A DNA stretch of 64,000 bases, taken from assembly GCF_009914755.1 (NCBI RefSeq), contig NC_060927.1. The stretch is one strand, 5' to 3'. Position 1 is the stretch's first letter. Every line of letters begins with the position of its first letter. Shown here piece after piece: positions 13,202 to 31,002 of the stretch. The stretch comes from the human T2T-CHM13v2.0 reference genome, Homo sapiens. The notes beneath the pieces were generated by a model. That model was not told the DNA's origin. It worked only from the letters and a program-made list of their open reading frames with translations, and did no database searches. The position numbers and the translations under genes were made by a program.

Positions 13202-13441
13202 CAGCAGCTACCTAATTTGCAAGGTTCAGTGCAAAATGAAAATATGGGGCCCTTTATTCAAACAGTATTACAAAGTCCAAGATATCAACATCAGAACGTT
13301 AATGCAAGCCTGGGGCCCTTCTGATCTTGGACTCTGAGCCACTGCATAGATAGCTCTGAGCCACTGCTTAGGTAGCTCTGAGCCACTGCATAGGTAGCTC
13401 TGAGCCACTGCATAGGTAACTTGCCCAGGAAGCTGGCCGTG
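13202..13441 (-). mobile_element. MER45A hAT-Tip100 MITE with internal VNTR
   Basis: Reverse complement matches recalled MER45A consensus from 'ggccagcttcctgggc' to 'aaattaggtagctg'. Confidence 0.75.
13332..13419. repeat. 22-bp minisatellite x4 (CTCTGAGCCACTGCATAGGTAG)
   Basis: Copies start at 13332, 13354, 13376 and 13398, each within one substitution of the consensus unit. Confidence 0.95.
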
Positions 13442-15315
13442 AATGGAAGTAATGACACACACATTTTCTTGAGATTCAAATGAGAGTATGTACATACAAA
13501 TACTAAGTAAAGCACAATGTGGAAAAATAATTTACCAGGATTTGTTAAATATCTTAATAAAGAATTTATTGTTACAAGCCTTGTAAATGTTTTCATGAAT
13601 TTTTTGACCATTTCCATGGCCCTGATTTTGTGAATAAACTGAAAATCAGAAAACTCGCATGCATTTCATATCTTCTACAGTCCTTCCTGATCTGGACTTA
13701 TGCCTAATATGTTGTTTTTCATCCAACAGGTTCTCAACAGGGCTAGCAAATATCTAAGTGGTCAGAGAAAAAAATTATTGCCTGTGATGTCTTGAGACTC
13801 AGGCAACATGGAAATGTGCTTAACTTTTTGAATTTGCTTTGGCCATAAAACTTTTATTACCTTCTCTAGAATTAAATTAATATGCACCCCCCTATTTATC
13901 TATATTGGATTTATTTAATTTTTGACAGCTTGTGCTAATACTAAACACAAATTTCTTCTCAGCACTAAGAAGAAATTATTGTAACTCAAGTATAGTACTA
14001 GTACTGTCTGACTGAAATGAAATAAAACCCATGACTGATTGAATTCCTGGCCACTTCAAAGCAGGTATGAAAGTGATTCATACCCAAACATCACAGGTTC
14101 ATTTGAGAGTTAAGAGATTGAATAGATCATGAGTAACTGCAGTTAATTTAAACCATGTATGTACAAGTAAGAATGTAGTGTCAAAGGTCTGTGTTTGTCA
14201 GGAGAAAATTGTTTTTTTCTCTTTCAGTGTTTGTTGGCAGAATTGCTGAAACATACAAGAACCATTCAAAGTCTAATATCTGCTACTAAGCTGAAATGAG
14301 CTAGAAAGATGGTCTCCCACGATCATCTTTTCAATAATCCTATGGGCTTTGCCGATTCTGTTACCACTATTTAAATTTTATTTTATTATTACTTTTTTTT
14401 AGTAGCATGCCTTGAAGATAATTTAAAGTGAGTGTCCTCCAAACACAGGATTTTTAGTGCAATGCAGAATATTTGGAGGTGATGATCAAAGCGAGCATTG
14501 ATAATAATATTCATAATGTTAATTCATAATGTTAATGCTTTGAGGAAATAAGACAGCAGTAACCCTGTCTTCTTTAGAGGACCTCTGGATTTATATCCAT
14601 TTAGAACATTCATATTGTTAAATTAATAAAACTTCTTTAGGAGATTGATTATTTTACCCAAGTATGCTTTCCATATTAATGTAAACATTAATATCAATAA
14701 CTTTATATGTTCCTCAGAGTGAGGGAAAAGTCAACCTTAACATAGAGTCAAAAATAAACACAAGAACCTGAAGACTTTAACCAAAAGTTTTTACTAACCT
14801 GTTCCCTAAAACTTGAGAAATATAAAGATAGTGAAAGTGGTTTCCTCCCAATACATTTATTGAGCATTTTAAGTTTATGGAACTGTGTGGTGGATTTTCC
14901 AGCATATCAGGGAAGCAAAAGCGATGTCTCTTGTCTTCACAAGCTTAAAATGTCATTGGGGAGACAAAGCAGGCTGAATAAATGTTAAATAATTTTTTTA
15001 AAGAATGGAAAAATTAAGAACCAAATATATGGGGTAATTTGCATTGGTAAGAATTCTGAAGAAGTAAACACTTTCTAGTTTATCTTAAACAGGCAGGAAA
15101 GTGGATATTTGCCATTACTTTATTTGATACAAATTCATCTTTTAAACTAATATTTTTTGTCCTGAACTCATGGATGTTCATATATTACTTCTTGGACATA
15201 TGAGTAATTTACTTTGCTTCCTCATTTTTAAAAATTATTATGTGTTCATTAGCATGTACATAATTTAAAATTTAAATTATTTTAAAATAATAACTAAAAA
15301 TACAAATAAACATGT

Positions 15316-15615
<300 letters not shown>

Positions 15616-16169
15616 TAAATAAACGTAATTATTTTTACCTGTCCATTAGTATGTAATAATTTAAAAATTATTACATGTTCTTCCTTTGCATATTGCCTCT
15701 CTTTGTCATTATTATTCATGTTAGATATTAAGTTTCTAGGAGGTATAAACAGTATTTATTGAATTTCTTCTTTGTAAAGTCTAGCCTAGAGAATTTGGAG
15801 TTCCTGATACGTTATTTTTGGTTCTTTTTAAAATAATTATCACGATAGACACCATGTGGAAATGTTAAAGTAACTCAACCTAATTCTCAAAATGACCTAT
15901 GGTTTGTAAGTGGGGTTTTTAAATCATGCTTATTTTGTAATTATATCCAGCATATATACAGAATAGAATCAGAGAATATCTGGAAGAAACTTTTCAGTTT
16001 ACCACCCTAAAAATTTTATTAACATCTTCAAGGGACATTTGTGGAAGACTTGCTGGTCAGGTTGGAGCACATGATCGGAGGTGTTCCTGAAGCCAGATAC
16101 ATAGCTTCAGCGCCCTCACGATCCCATCACGAAGAGCAGACTTAAATAATTAACTGTTAACGCTGGGGC

Positions 16170-16382
16170 AAGTCCATAGGGTTATGGAGAATGCACTTTG
16201 GAAGTACAGGAGCAGGATTGATTAATTCCTCATGAGAGAGGTCAGGAAAATCATTACAGAGGAGGTACTATTTGAAATGGATTTGGAAGAAGGGCTGGAA
16301 TTTCACCCAGTGAAGATTAATGGTGTTCCAGTCAGAGGGAGTCACATGAGCAAAGGCAGGGAGACCTGAAACTCTGCAGTGT
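16170..16382 (-). mobile_element. L2 fragment
   Basis: 'gaggtcaggaaaatcattacagaggaggtactatttgaa...gttccagtcagagggagtcacatgagcaaaggc'. Confidence 0.65.
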
Positions 16383-16456
16383 TTTTCTTTATTTCAAGTG
16401 TAAAAATTTCTTTTATTGCAAATTTGAGCTTTTAATGGCTATGAAAAGAAGTTTTA

Positions 16457-16710
16457 TGTCGAGGGGGAGCAACAACTATTTGGGCCGGTGGCACAGGGAT
16501 AAAATAATTTATCAAGACAATTGTAGGTAGAGAAAGGCATATTTATTAAAGAAAGTAGAAAAATACATTGCCTTCTCTCAACGGGCAGGATCAGCAGAAG
16601 AGAGGCTGACTGCAAGGAAACAAAGGCTTGCTGGAGATTTTATAGAATAATGTGTATCTGTCTGTTGAAGAGGGCTTTGTGCCGTATCGATAATGCCAAG
16701 GTTGCAGTGA
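16457..16710 (-). mobile_element. Truncated ERVL-type LTR (LTR18/LTR32-like)
   Basis: Begins TGTCG (minus-strand end ...CGACA) and has the reverse poly(A) signal 'tttatt' in 'gtaggtagagaaaggcatatttatta'. Confidence 0.55.
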
Positions 16711-17989
16711 CGGGGAAGGGGCATATGACAACAAACTAGACCACTTAAGTACTCTTTCTCATAAATCCAACTCTTGAGCATCCGTGACACCAAGGCAAAA
16801 AAAAAAGGGATGGAGTCATTTGTCAAATCAGTCTCATCCTGGAAAAATCATCTATTCTGCCTCCTAGAAAGCCAGAGTGCTTGGAAGCTAGTTCCACCTT
16901 CTCCTAACAGTAAATTGCTTTGTTTGTTGGAGTTAGCTAGAGTTGCTTTTTGTTTTTGTTTTTTTTTTTTTTTTTTTTGCAATTCTTATTTAGTAATGAA
17001 GGAGATAACTCCCTCAGGCAAGTTAAAAGGATGGTGAAGATAAGCATAGAAAGAACGAGGTTTGGCTAAGTAAAGGTTAAAGTTAAGGCTTGAAGTAAAA
17101 TCATAGCTAAGTAAGGTGGTAGGAGCTACTGGCTGGAGTTTCATCTTTTCAGTTCTCCATTCATCTTTATAAATTCTATTTAGCGACTCATGATTAGAGC
17201 CAAATCACTACATTCTATTTAGTGACTCACCGGGTATACCTGAGAGTCAGGTATACAACAGATACCTCTTTAGAGTTGCTCAATATGGAGGCTTGATGAA
17301 TATTGACTCAGTGTTTATACTAGAAAAATTGTCTATAAGTTTTGGTGCACTTTAACATAATTCTCTGAAATGATTTTGAAAATAAAGCTAGAGATTATGA
17401 GTTAAATATGTAATATCTTTCAAAATTTCAGCACTTACTGGCTTTCATTCTTCAACTTTTCTAGACAGACTAAGCGAGTCTAAATCTGACTTTCATCTTT
17501 GTTAATTTGCCTTAAATCATTTTTTGATTGAGTCATTAGTGATTAATGTCACTGCATTTTCCCATTCTGGTGGGATTCAAATTTGAAAGAAAAATCACTA
17601 TTCTATGTTTGTCTGAAATTGTTTGAGCATTTTATTTTTCAATAAATGCATGTATACAGGAGGATGAACTTTTAAACAAATGCAAATAAGAACCCAAGCA
17701 AGCTAGCAATTTGAAAATAACCTGCTAATCTGTATGTATTGCAAGGTTTTGAAAATAATTTGCCTTAGTTTATACAATCAGTGCTCTTTTTTTTTTGACA
17801 AAATTCACTAAAAGGGTAGCTGCAGAAAATAAATTCCCTGTGCAGAGAAGGTCTTTATAAAAGCAATGCCTTTGTTGATCTGACATTTTTTCTTCTGTAG
17901 TTAGTTGTTTTTCACTTAGAGACTGAATTTTTTTTAACACATCGATAGAAGTAGATTTGAACAGAGAGGCTTTTTGTTTCTTGTATGAT

Positions 17990-18290
17990 TTGATGAATTA
18001 ACATTTTGTTGAATGTCTACTCCGTATAAAATGCTTTTGCAGATGTAAAGATGAACAACACACAAACTTGTCCTCACAGAGCACACACTCTAGTAGGAGA
18101 TCAAATATAACTCCGTGCATTATAACACAGAATACATTAGAAGACAGGTAGAGTATACAGTAGTGATTCAGAGAAAGTCTAAATTGAGGTCATTGGAAAT
18201 GGCTTCTAGAAGGAAGTTGCATTTAAAACGGTCCTTAAAGATTTTCTACCATCAGAGGAAGGGAAACAGACAATCTAGAAGGAGAGTACA
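17990..18290 (-). mobile_element. L2 fragment
   Basis: 'ttgttgaatgtctactccgt...gtcctcacagagcacacactctagtagg...ggcttctagaaggaag'. Confidence 0.55.
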
Positions 18291-19199
18291 AAACCTACCC
18301 TCTTTAGATATTGATAGCCTCCCTGGTGTCACTGGAGTAGGAAAAAAATCGAGGCATTTAAAGGTATTTCAGGTCAGCTTTACTTGCCACTTATCCTAGC
18401 ATGTGTAAGGAAATACTTTGTAGTATCACATCATCATCACCATAATCACCTCCTCATCCTCACCCTCAAAGTCTGTGCACTTTACATTTGGCATATAAGA
18501 AAGAACAGATTTTTTTCTATTCTTGCCGCAAACCAATTTCTAACAACTTGGAGTCAGAAAACTGAAGGTACTATTCAAGGAAAAAGAAAATACACCAGTT
18601 AAATTGGAACAGACAGAATGTTTTAAAAAATTAGAATGAAAGAAAAGCTCAATTTTTTTTGTTGTGCAAGAGCACTGTGGAGCTGTGATGTCAAATGAAT
18701 CTAACATGTCCCTGGAATTTTTTAGACAGATTCATATTACGATTTGTGATTCAGGAAAACTCATTACCAAGATGTAGGTTGTATTGAAGAGGAATAATAA
18801 AGAATGTAGTTAATATTTGATGTGGTTCCATTTAGAGAATATCAAAGTATTAAACATCCAGGCTCAATAATACAGACTTAATTTTGTATAGCATATCCCA
18901 GTTTATAATGAATTTTCCCATCTACTTCCTTAATTCATCCTCACAGTATTGTAAGGTAGTAGAGAGGAGGGAGAGTTTGCTCTCCTCTAAAATAAAAGTA
19001 TTACTGACACTTGAAAATAGCACGAAAACAAGATTCAACTAAAGTCACTCAACTAATTCACTAAATGGACACAAATTGTTAAATTGCTTGTTTTTACTAT
19101 TCTCTGCTTTGATGTCCTGTGAAGGTTAACATTTGTCACCATACATGATAATTAAATTAGTCTCCCTCATTTTCCTTATCCTGAATAAAAATGATTTCT

Positions 19200-19390
19200 A
19201 ACCTGGGCATGATGTTTTGCACCTGTAGTCTCAGCCACAGGACTGGGGACTGGAGGCTGAGGCAGGAGGATCACTTGAGCCCAGGAGTCTGAGCCTGTAG
19301 TAAGCTGTGATCATTCCTGTGAATCCAGTGGTGACTGCATTCCAGTTCAGGAAACATAGCAAAACTTTGTCTCTGAAAATAAAAAAAAAT
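19200..19390 (+). mobile_element. FAM (fossil Alu monomer)
   Basis: Single monomer retaining the 7SL-derived 'cctgtgaat...actgcattccag...aacatagc' segment. A-tail and TSD TAAAAAT(G)ATTTCT. Confidence 0.75.
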
Positions 19391-19404
19391 TAAAAATATT
19401 TCTG

Positions 19405-19762
19405 TAGGTGTTTATTTGATATTATAGAACAGTAATATATGCACATTATACAGTGTTTGAAATATATAAAAAACATGTACAGTGAAATGTAGGTCTCCTC
19501 CCCCTGTCCACAGTCATTCTGTTCCCTTCCAACAAAAATAAATTGCTAGTATCTTGTGTATGCTTCAAGAAATATTCCATATCTTTATGGTCATATTTAT
19601 GTCTTTAAATACATTTTCACACACACACACACAAAGCATCTTGCTTTTCTTCACTTAGTAACACCAAGGAGGGTGTTCCATAATATTACATCCTTTTAAA
19701 TGACTGCATTATTTGCCACTATACAAATATCCCATGTTTTGTGTGACCAGATATAGAGTTTT
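19405..19762 (-). mobile_element. Ancient L1ME-like 3' fragment (left part)
   Basis: Degenerate L1ME-type 3' sequence that continues after the L1PA insertion at 26896. Confidence 0.5.
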
Positions 19763-20029
19763 TTTATATTTCATACCTCCTTTTTATTTATTTATTTATT
19801 TATTTATTTTATTTTATGTTTTATTATACATTAAGTTGTGGGGTACCTGTGCAGAACGTGCAGGTTTGTTACATAGGTATACATGTGCCATGGTGGTTTG
19901 CTGTACCCATTAACCTGTCATCTACATTAGGCATTTCTCCTAATGCTATCCTTCCCCTAGTCCCCATCCCGCTCCCAACAGGCCCCAGTGTGTGATATTC
20001 CGCTCCCTGTGTCCATGTGTTCTCATTGT

Positions 20030-24457
<4,428 letters not shown>

Positions 24458-24520
24458 TATGATGCTAGCTGGTAATTTTGCCCGTTAGTTTATGCAGTTT
24501 CTTCATAACGTTGACAGTCT

Positions 24521-25551
24521 TTACAATTTGGTATGTTTTTGCAGTGGCTGGTACAAGTTGTTCCTTTCAATGTTTAGTGCTTCCTTCAGGAGCTCTTGTA
24601 AGGTAGGCCTGGTGGTGACAAAATCTCTCAGCATTTGCTTGTCTGTAAAGGATTTTATTTCCCCTTCACTTATGAACCTTAGTTTCGCTGGATATGAAAT
24701 TCTGGGTTGAAAATTCTTTTCTTTAAGAATGTTGAATATTGGCCTCCACTCTCTTCTGGATTGTAGGGTTTCTGCAGAGAGATCTGCTATTAGACTTACG
24801 GGCTTCCCTTTGTGGGTAACCTGACCTTTCTCTCTGGCTGCCCTTAACATTTTTCCCTTCATTTCAACTTTGGTTAATCTGATGATTATGTGTATTGGGG
24901 TTGCTCTTCTCAAGGAGTAACTTTGTGGTGTTCTCTGTATTTCCTGAATTTGAATGTTAGCCTGCCTTGCTAAATTGGGGAAGTTCTCCTGGATAATATC
25001 CTGAAGAGTGTTTTCCAACTTGGATCCATTCTCCCTGTCACTTTCAGGTATACCAATCAAATGTAGATTTGGTCTTTTCACATAGTCCCATATTTCTTGG
25101 AGGCTTTGTTCATTTCTTTTTCACTCTTTTTTTTTTCTCTGATCTTGTCTTTTATCTTTATTTCATTGAGTTGATCTTCAATCTCTGATATCTTTTCTTC
25201 CGCTTGATTGATTTGGCTATTGATACTTGTGTATGCTTCACACAGTTCTCGTGCTCTGTTTTTCGGCTCCATCAGGTCATTTATGTTCTTCTCCAAACTG
25301 GTTATTCTAGTTAGCAATTCATCTAACTTTTTTTCAAGGTTCTTAGCTTCCTTTCATTGGGTTAAAACATGCTCCTTTAGCTTGGAGGAGTTTGTTATTA
25401 CCCACCTTCTGAAGCCTACCTCTGTCAATTCATCACAGTCATTCTCTGTCCAGTTTTGCTCCCTTGCTGGCGAGGAGTTGTGATCCTTTGGAGGAGAAGA
25501 GGCATTCTGGTTTTTGGAGTTTTCAGCCTTTTTATGCTGGTTCCTCCCCAT
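24521..25551 (-). pseudogene. ORF1: L1 ORF1, frameshifted
   Basis: Three fragments: MGRNQHKKAENSKNQ..., ...ITSLEKNINDL... and KRPNLHLIG...FQPRISYPAKL...RDFVTTRP. Confidence 0.92.
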
Positions 25552-26256
25552 CTTCATGGATTTACCTACCTTTGGTCTTTGAAGTCAGTGACCTTTGGAT
25601 GGGGTCTCTGAGTGGATGTCCTTTTTGTTGGTGTGATGCTCCTTTCTTTTTGTTAGTTTTCCTTCTAACGGTCAGGCCTCTCTGCTGCAGGTCTGCTGGA
25701 ATTTGATGGAGGTCCACTCCAGACCCTGTTTGCCTGGGTATCATCAGCAGAGGCTGCAGAACAGCAAAGATTGCTGCCTGTTCCTTCCTCTGGAAGCTTT
25801 GTCCCAGAGGGGCACCTTCCAGATGCCAGCTAGAGCTCTCCTGTATGAGGTGTCTGTGAGCCCCTGCTCTGAGGTGTCTCCCAGCCAGGATATACAGGGG
25901 TCAGGGACCCACTTGAGGAGGCAGTCTGTCCCTTATCCGAGCTTGAACACTGTGCTGGGAGATACGCTGTTCTCTTCAGAGCTGCCAGCCAGGGACGTTT
26001 AAGTCTGCTGAAGCTGCACCCACAGCTGCTCCTTCCCCCAGGTGCTCTGTCCCAGGGAGGTGGGGGTTTTATCTATAAGTCCCTGACAGGGGCTGCTGCC
26101 TTTTTTTCAGAGATGCCCTCTCCAGATAGAAGGGAATCTAGAGAGACAGTCTGGCCACAGCGGCCTTGCTGAGGTGTGGTGGGCTCCACCCAGTTCTAAC
26201 TTCCTGGCAGCTTTGTTTACACTGTGAAGGTGAAACTGCCTACTCAAGCCTCAGCA

Positions 26257-26475
26257 ATGGTGGTTGCCTCTCCCCCCACCAAGCTTGAGCGTCCCAGGTC
26301 GAGCTCAGACTGCTGTGATGGCAGCAAGAATTTCAAGCCAGTGGATCTTAGCTTGCTGGGCTCCATGGGGGTGGGACCTGCTGAATCAGACCACTTGGCT
26401 CCCTGGCTTCAGCCCCCTTTCCAAGGGAATGAATGGTTCTATCTCGCTGGCATTCCAGGCACCACTGGGGTATGA
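26257..26475 (+). CDS. ORF0: L1 antisense ORF0-like frame (72 aa), putative
   Basis: GCAATGG Kozak context. MVVASPPTKLERPRSSSDCC...SMGVGPAES aligns with the recalled ORF0p N-terminus MAGAPPPASLPPCSLISDCC...SVGVGPSE. Expression is unknown. Confidence 0.5.
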   Translation: MVVASPPTKLERPRSSSDCCDGSKNFKPVDLSLLGSMGVGPAESDHLAPWLQPPFQGNEWFYLAGIPGTTGV

Positions 26476-26860
26476 AAAGAAACTCCTGTGACTACCTTAG
26501 TGTCTGCCCAATTGGCCACCCAGTTTTGTGCCGGAAACCCAGGGCTCTGATGTCGTAGGCTCCAGAGGAAATCTCCTGGCCTGCAGGTTGCGAAGACCAT
26601 GGGAAAACTGTTGTATCTGGGCCAGAGTGCACGGTACAGTCCCTAATGGCTTCCCTTGACTGGGAAAGGGAGTTTCCCAACCCCTTGAGCTTCCTGTGTG
26701 AGGCAACACCACGCCCTGCTTCAGCTTGCCCTCCTTGGGTTGCGCCCACTGTCCAGCCAGTCCCAATGAGATGAACTGGGTACCTCAGTTGGAAATGCAG
26801 AATTCACCCACCGGCTGTGTCGATCTTGCTGGGAGCTGCAGACCAGAGCTCTTCCTATTC

Positions 26861-26870
26861 GGCCATCTTG
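26861..26870 (-). promoter_or_regulatory. YY1 site of L1 5'UTR promoter
   Basis: CAAGATGGCC on the minus strand about 10 nt from the L1 5' end. Confidence 0.75.
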
Positions 26871-26895
26871 CCAGCAATCCCACATTTAGAGTTTT

Positions 26896-27150
26896 AACAG
26901 CTTTTTGCTAAAACAATCAATGATGAGATAAATATTTCTTCATGAATATCATTTTTGTACACAAACTAGTTATCTATAGGCAAGAATTATTTTTAAATGC
27001 AAGTTCTGCAGGCCACTTTAGTTGATAGTTTCCAACTAAGTGAATAAATGGCTTTAATCTGTACTTTAGTAGACCAAAAAAAAAAAGTATGGTCAGTAGG
27101 ACATTTATAGCCCCAAATTACGATTTTTCCTGTCTTCTGTATGAAACTAA
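26896..27150 (-). mobile_element. Ancient L1ME-like fragment (right part)
   Basis: 'cagctttttgctaaaacaatcaatgatg...' continues the L1ME relic interrupted by the L1PA. Confidence 0.45.
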
Positions 27151-27167
27151 TAAGTCCTCTTGTTTAG

Positions 27168-27726
<559 letters not shown>

Positions 27727-28499
27727 ATGTGAGGATGAGCTGAGGAAGGAGACAATGGTGGGATCAGTGAGAAAGTCAATGGGCCAGAAACAAAAAGAGC
27801 TGAGGTTTAGATGCCAGTTTTCCACATGTTATTTGAGCTACAACTCCTCCAATTAGCTCCTGAAGTCTGTTTACCCAACTGTTAAATTGTAATAAAAATT
27901 CTAGTTTGCCTTACCCACATCAGAGAGTTGAGCTGAGGCTCCCGTGAGAAGACATACACACTCAATGTATGACGTGTGCGACAGTTAAACAAATATGTGA
28001 AGGTAATGCTATTGATTTTGTATAGTACCTTGTTTCTGGAAAGAGATTATGTGAGCAGTTAGAAACTCCTAAAGCTTAACCCACTTTAATTAATCTGTAA
28101 AAACCTAACAGCATACTGCAGTGTGTACACAGCAAGAGCTCAGCTATATAGATTGCACAGAAGAAAAAAAAGATAGAAGAAAAAAAAAACTGTTAACACT
28201 TGTGCCTGAAAGAGGAAATGACAATTACATGATTTTTTCTAATTCTTCATGATAGTTCTTCAGTTTTGTGTATTCTATAAATGTGTGTGTCTCTCTTTTA
28301 TAAGACTCTAAAACTTTGGTCACTCTCCTCTCTATAGATTTGGAATATATTGTGGTCTTGTATCATCATAACAAATAAATAATAATGCACTAATATTAAC
28401 TGAGTTCCTACCATATACTACACACTGGTCTAATCCTTTACATATGTGAGCTCTTCAGTGTAACTCTGTAAGTTAGCCCCATAATTGCATCCCTATACA

Positions 28500-28990
28500 G
28501 CAGGGAAAAGCCTTTTTAATATACAAGTAAGATCTAATTTCTCCCCTATGTGAGATTCTCCAGTAATCTCCCACATCTTCATAGTCTACAAAGCCTGGTG
28601 GAAGCCAGCCCTGGCCTATCTCTTACCACTTATTTTCCTGCTGGGTCTTTCTTTTCCAGCCACAATGGTCTTGTTTCTGCTTCTAAATTTCATTAGCTTC
28701 ATTCTCACCTTGGAGCTTTTGAAGTAGCCAAGTGCATGCACTGGAATATCCTACCTCCCCAACACACACAATTTAGATACATATTCAATTGTGGCTCTCT
28801 TAAATACAGACTTCAGTGAATTTACTTTTTAATATGGTATCCCAACCTCATTGGTATTCTTAATATTTTAATTGAAATTAGTACTGTTTAAAATTAAATC
28901 ATGTATTTGTTTCCTTGTTTTAGTTGTTTAATATATTTATTCTCCACTAGAATTTGAATTTTGGGAGGACAGAGATTTCATCTTACTTCT
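28500..28990 (+). mobile_element. L2 fragment
   Basis: 'cagccacaatggtcttgtttctg...ctcaccttggagctttt...ctccactagaatttgaattttgggaggacagag'. Confidence 0.55.
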
Positions 28991-29550
28991 AGCTACAGAC
29001 TTGATAAGGAAGAGGTGGTGGATATGGTGGACTCAGAGCTTATGGTTTTCTTTGCTTATCATGGAATCCAATTAGTTCAGGACTCAGGCTTGCATGTATG
29101 TATGTGTATGCATTTGGAGCAGTCCATGGGAAAGCACAAATGTGCCAAGTTTCCAATGTGAGAATATTCCTCAGGATCAAGGGGGTAGAATATAGAGAAG
29201 CGAAGTTTATTTTGTCATTCCAAATATTGTACCCCAATGTTACTAGTATGTAGTGAATGAAAGGTAGTGTCAGAAGAATAGACAGTGTAAACACTTGTAG
29301 TACGTCTTTGCACATACCTTGCCATGCTTTTGTCAGGAACGAAGTGTTCTGCATACTTCCAAGGACACGAACAAATTTTAAAAATTGTTTATTATTGATA
29401 ATTGAAATAGCTTTGGGTTGAATTAGTCAAAACATCTATTTTTACATTACGCTTTTACATTTTGGAACATTCTCTTTTCACCCTTCTCTATCTTCTGAAT
29501 ACCATACAACTTAAAAGTGTATAGCTGAATATAAAAATTCTACTTTGGAA

Positions 29551-29914
<364 letters not shown>

Positions 29915-31002
29915 TTAAACAAAAATACACCACTTATTGGCTTTCTAGGGCTTCTGGGATGCCTTAGAATGAAAATAATTTTTCCTAAACCTTACTGTGT
30001 ACAGACTCAGGACACTGCTGAAATTTTAATAACAAAAGAGTTTCGCAAATTTTTTTTAGATGGTGATTCTATTATTTATCGGTCTTGAAAGTGAGCTGAC
30101 CAGGGGAAGGATTTCTGTGACTATATTTAACTGTGTGGTTTGGAGTAGGATATTGAGGAAAGAAACTTCAAGGAAAAGAAGCAGAGAAAAATTTATAGGT
30201 TGGGAGGGTGAAGAAAAAACTAAAAGCAAATACTCTTGAAACTCAGCAAACTGCAACAAAAGGCTTCAAGATATAGAAATTGCCTTTACATTCCTTTTGG
30301 CATCGTCTGCAGTGGGAGTAACTTTGAATTTTACTCAAAACTGAGTTTCAACTGGCATTTTTATTATGTTTACTTAACAGCATAAAAAGATGAGCAATGC
30401 TAGCATATTTATTTAGCATAAGATAGAGCCAGATGTCCAAAACATACCCAAGAGTGGACTCCATATTCCAGGACTGAATGATAAATATATTTTAGTATCT
30501 ATCACACTGTCAAAGTTTTCTTTGGCTTATTAAATTGCCTGAACAATTATGGATTGCTTTTGTCATGATGGGATGAATCTTCTAGACAGTTCTTAAAGTC
30601 TTTACAATTCATAAGCCACAGTAAACTCTTATTTATGTTTCTGCAAATCCTCCCATTAATTCAGTAGACCTTTCTCATAGTCTTTTGAACATCTAATAAG
30701 ACATTGGTGGTTGTAACAGCTTTGAAGCTAAGTCATTTGTATTAACACACCTAAGTTTGCTGCTGGTATAGTTTCTGTTGAAGTGTATACAAATTGGAAT
30801 GCAAGATAATTATCTTTGAACCTATACAGCAAAATAAAGTTTTAAATCTTAATGAAATGTGTATATAGGATCAATCTTTACAGCTCCTTTCAAAACAAGG
30901 TTTTTAAAGAATATATTTATTGCAAGTGTCAGACAGCAGTAATAATCTTGCCTCCCTCTTAGTGTTTTTATGACATTAAATGAAGTAGAGTAAGTATATC
31001 AT

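Noticed and set aside
13332-13419. CRISPR-like appearance of short repeats
   Set aside because: The units are contiguous with no spacers, and the context is eukaryotic with no cas genes. It is a minisatellite.
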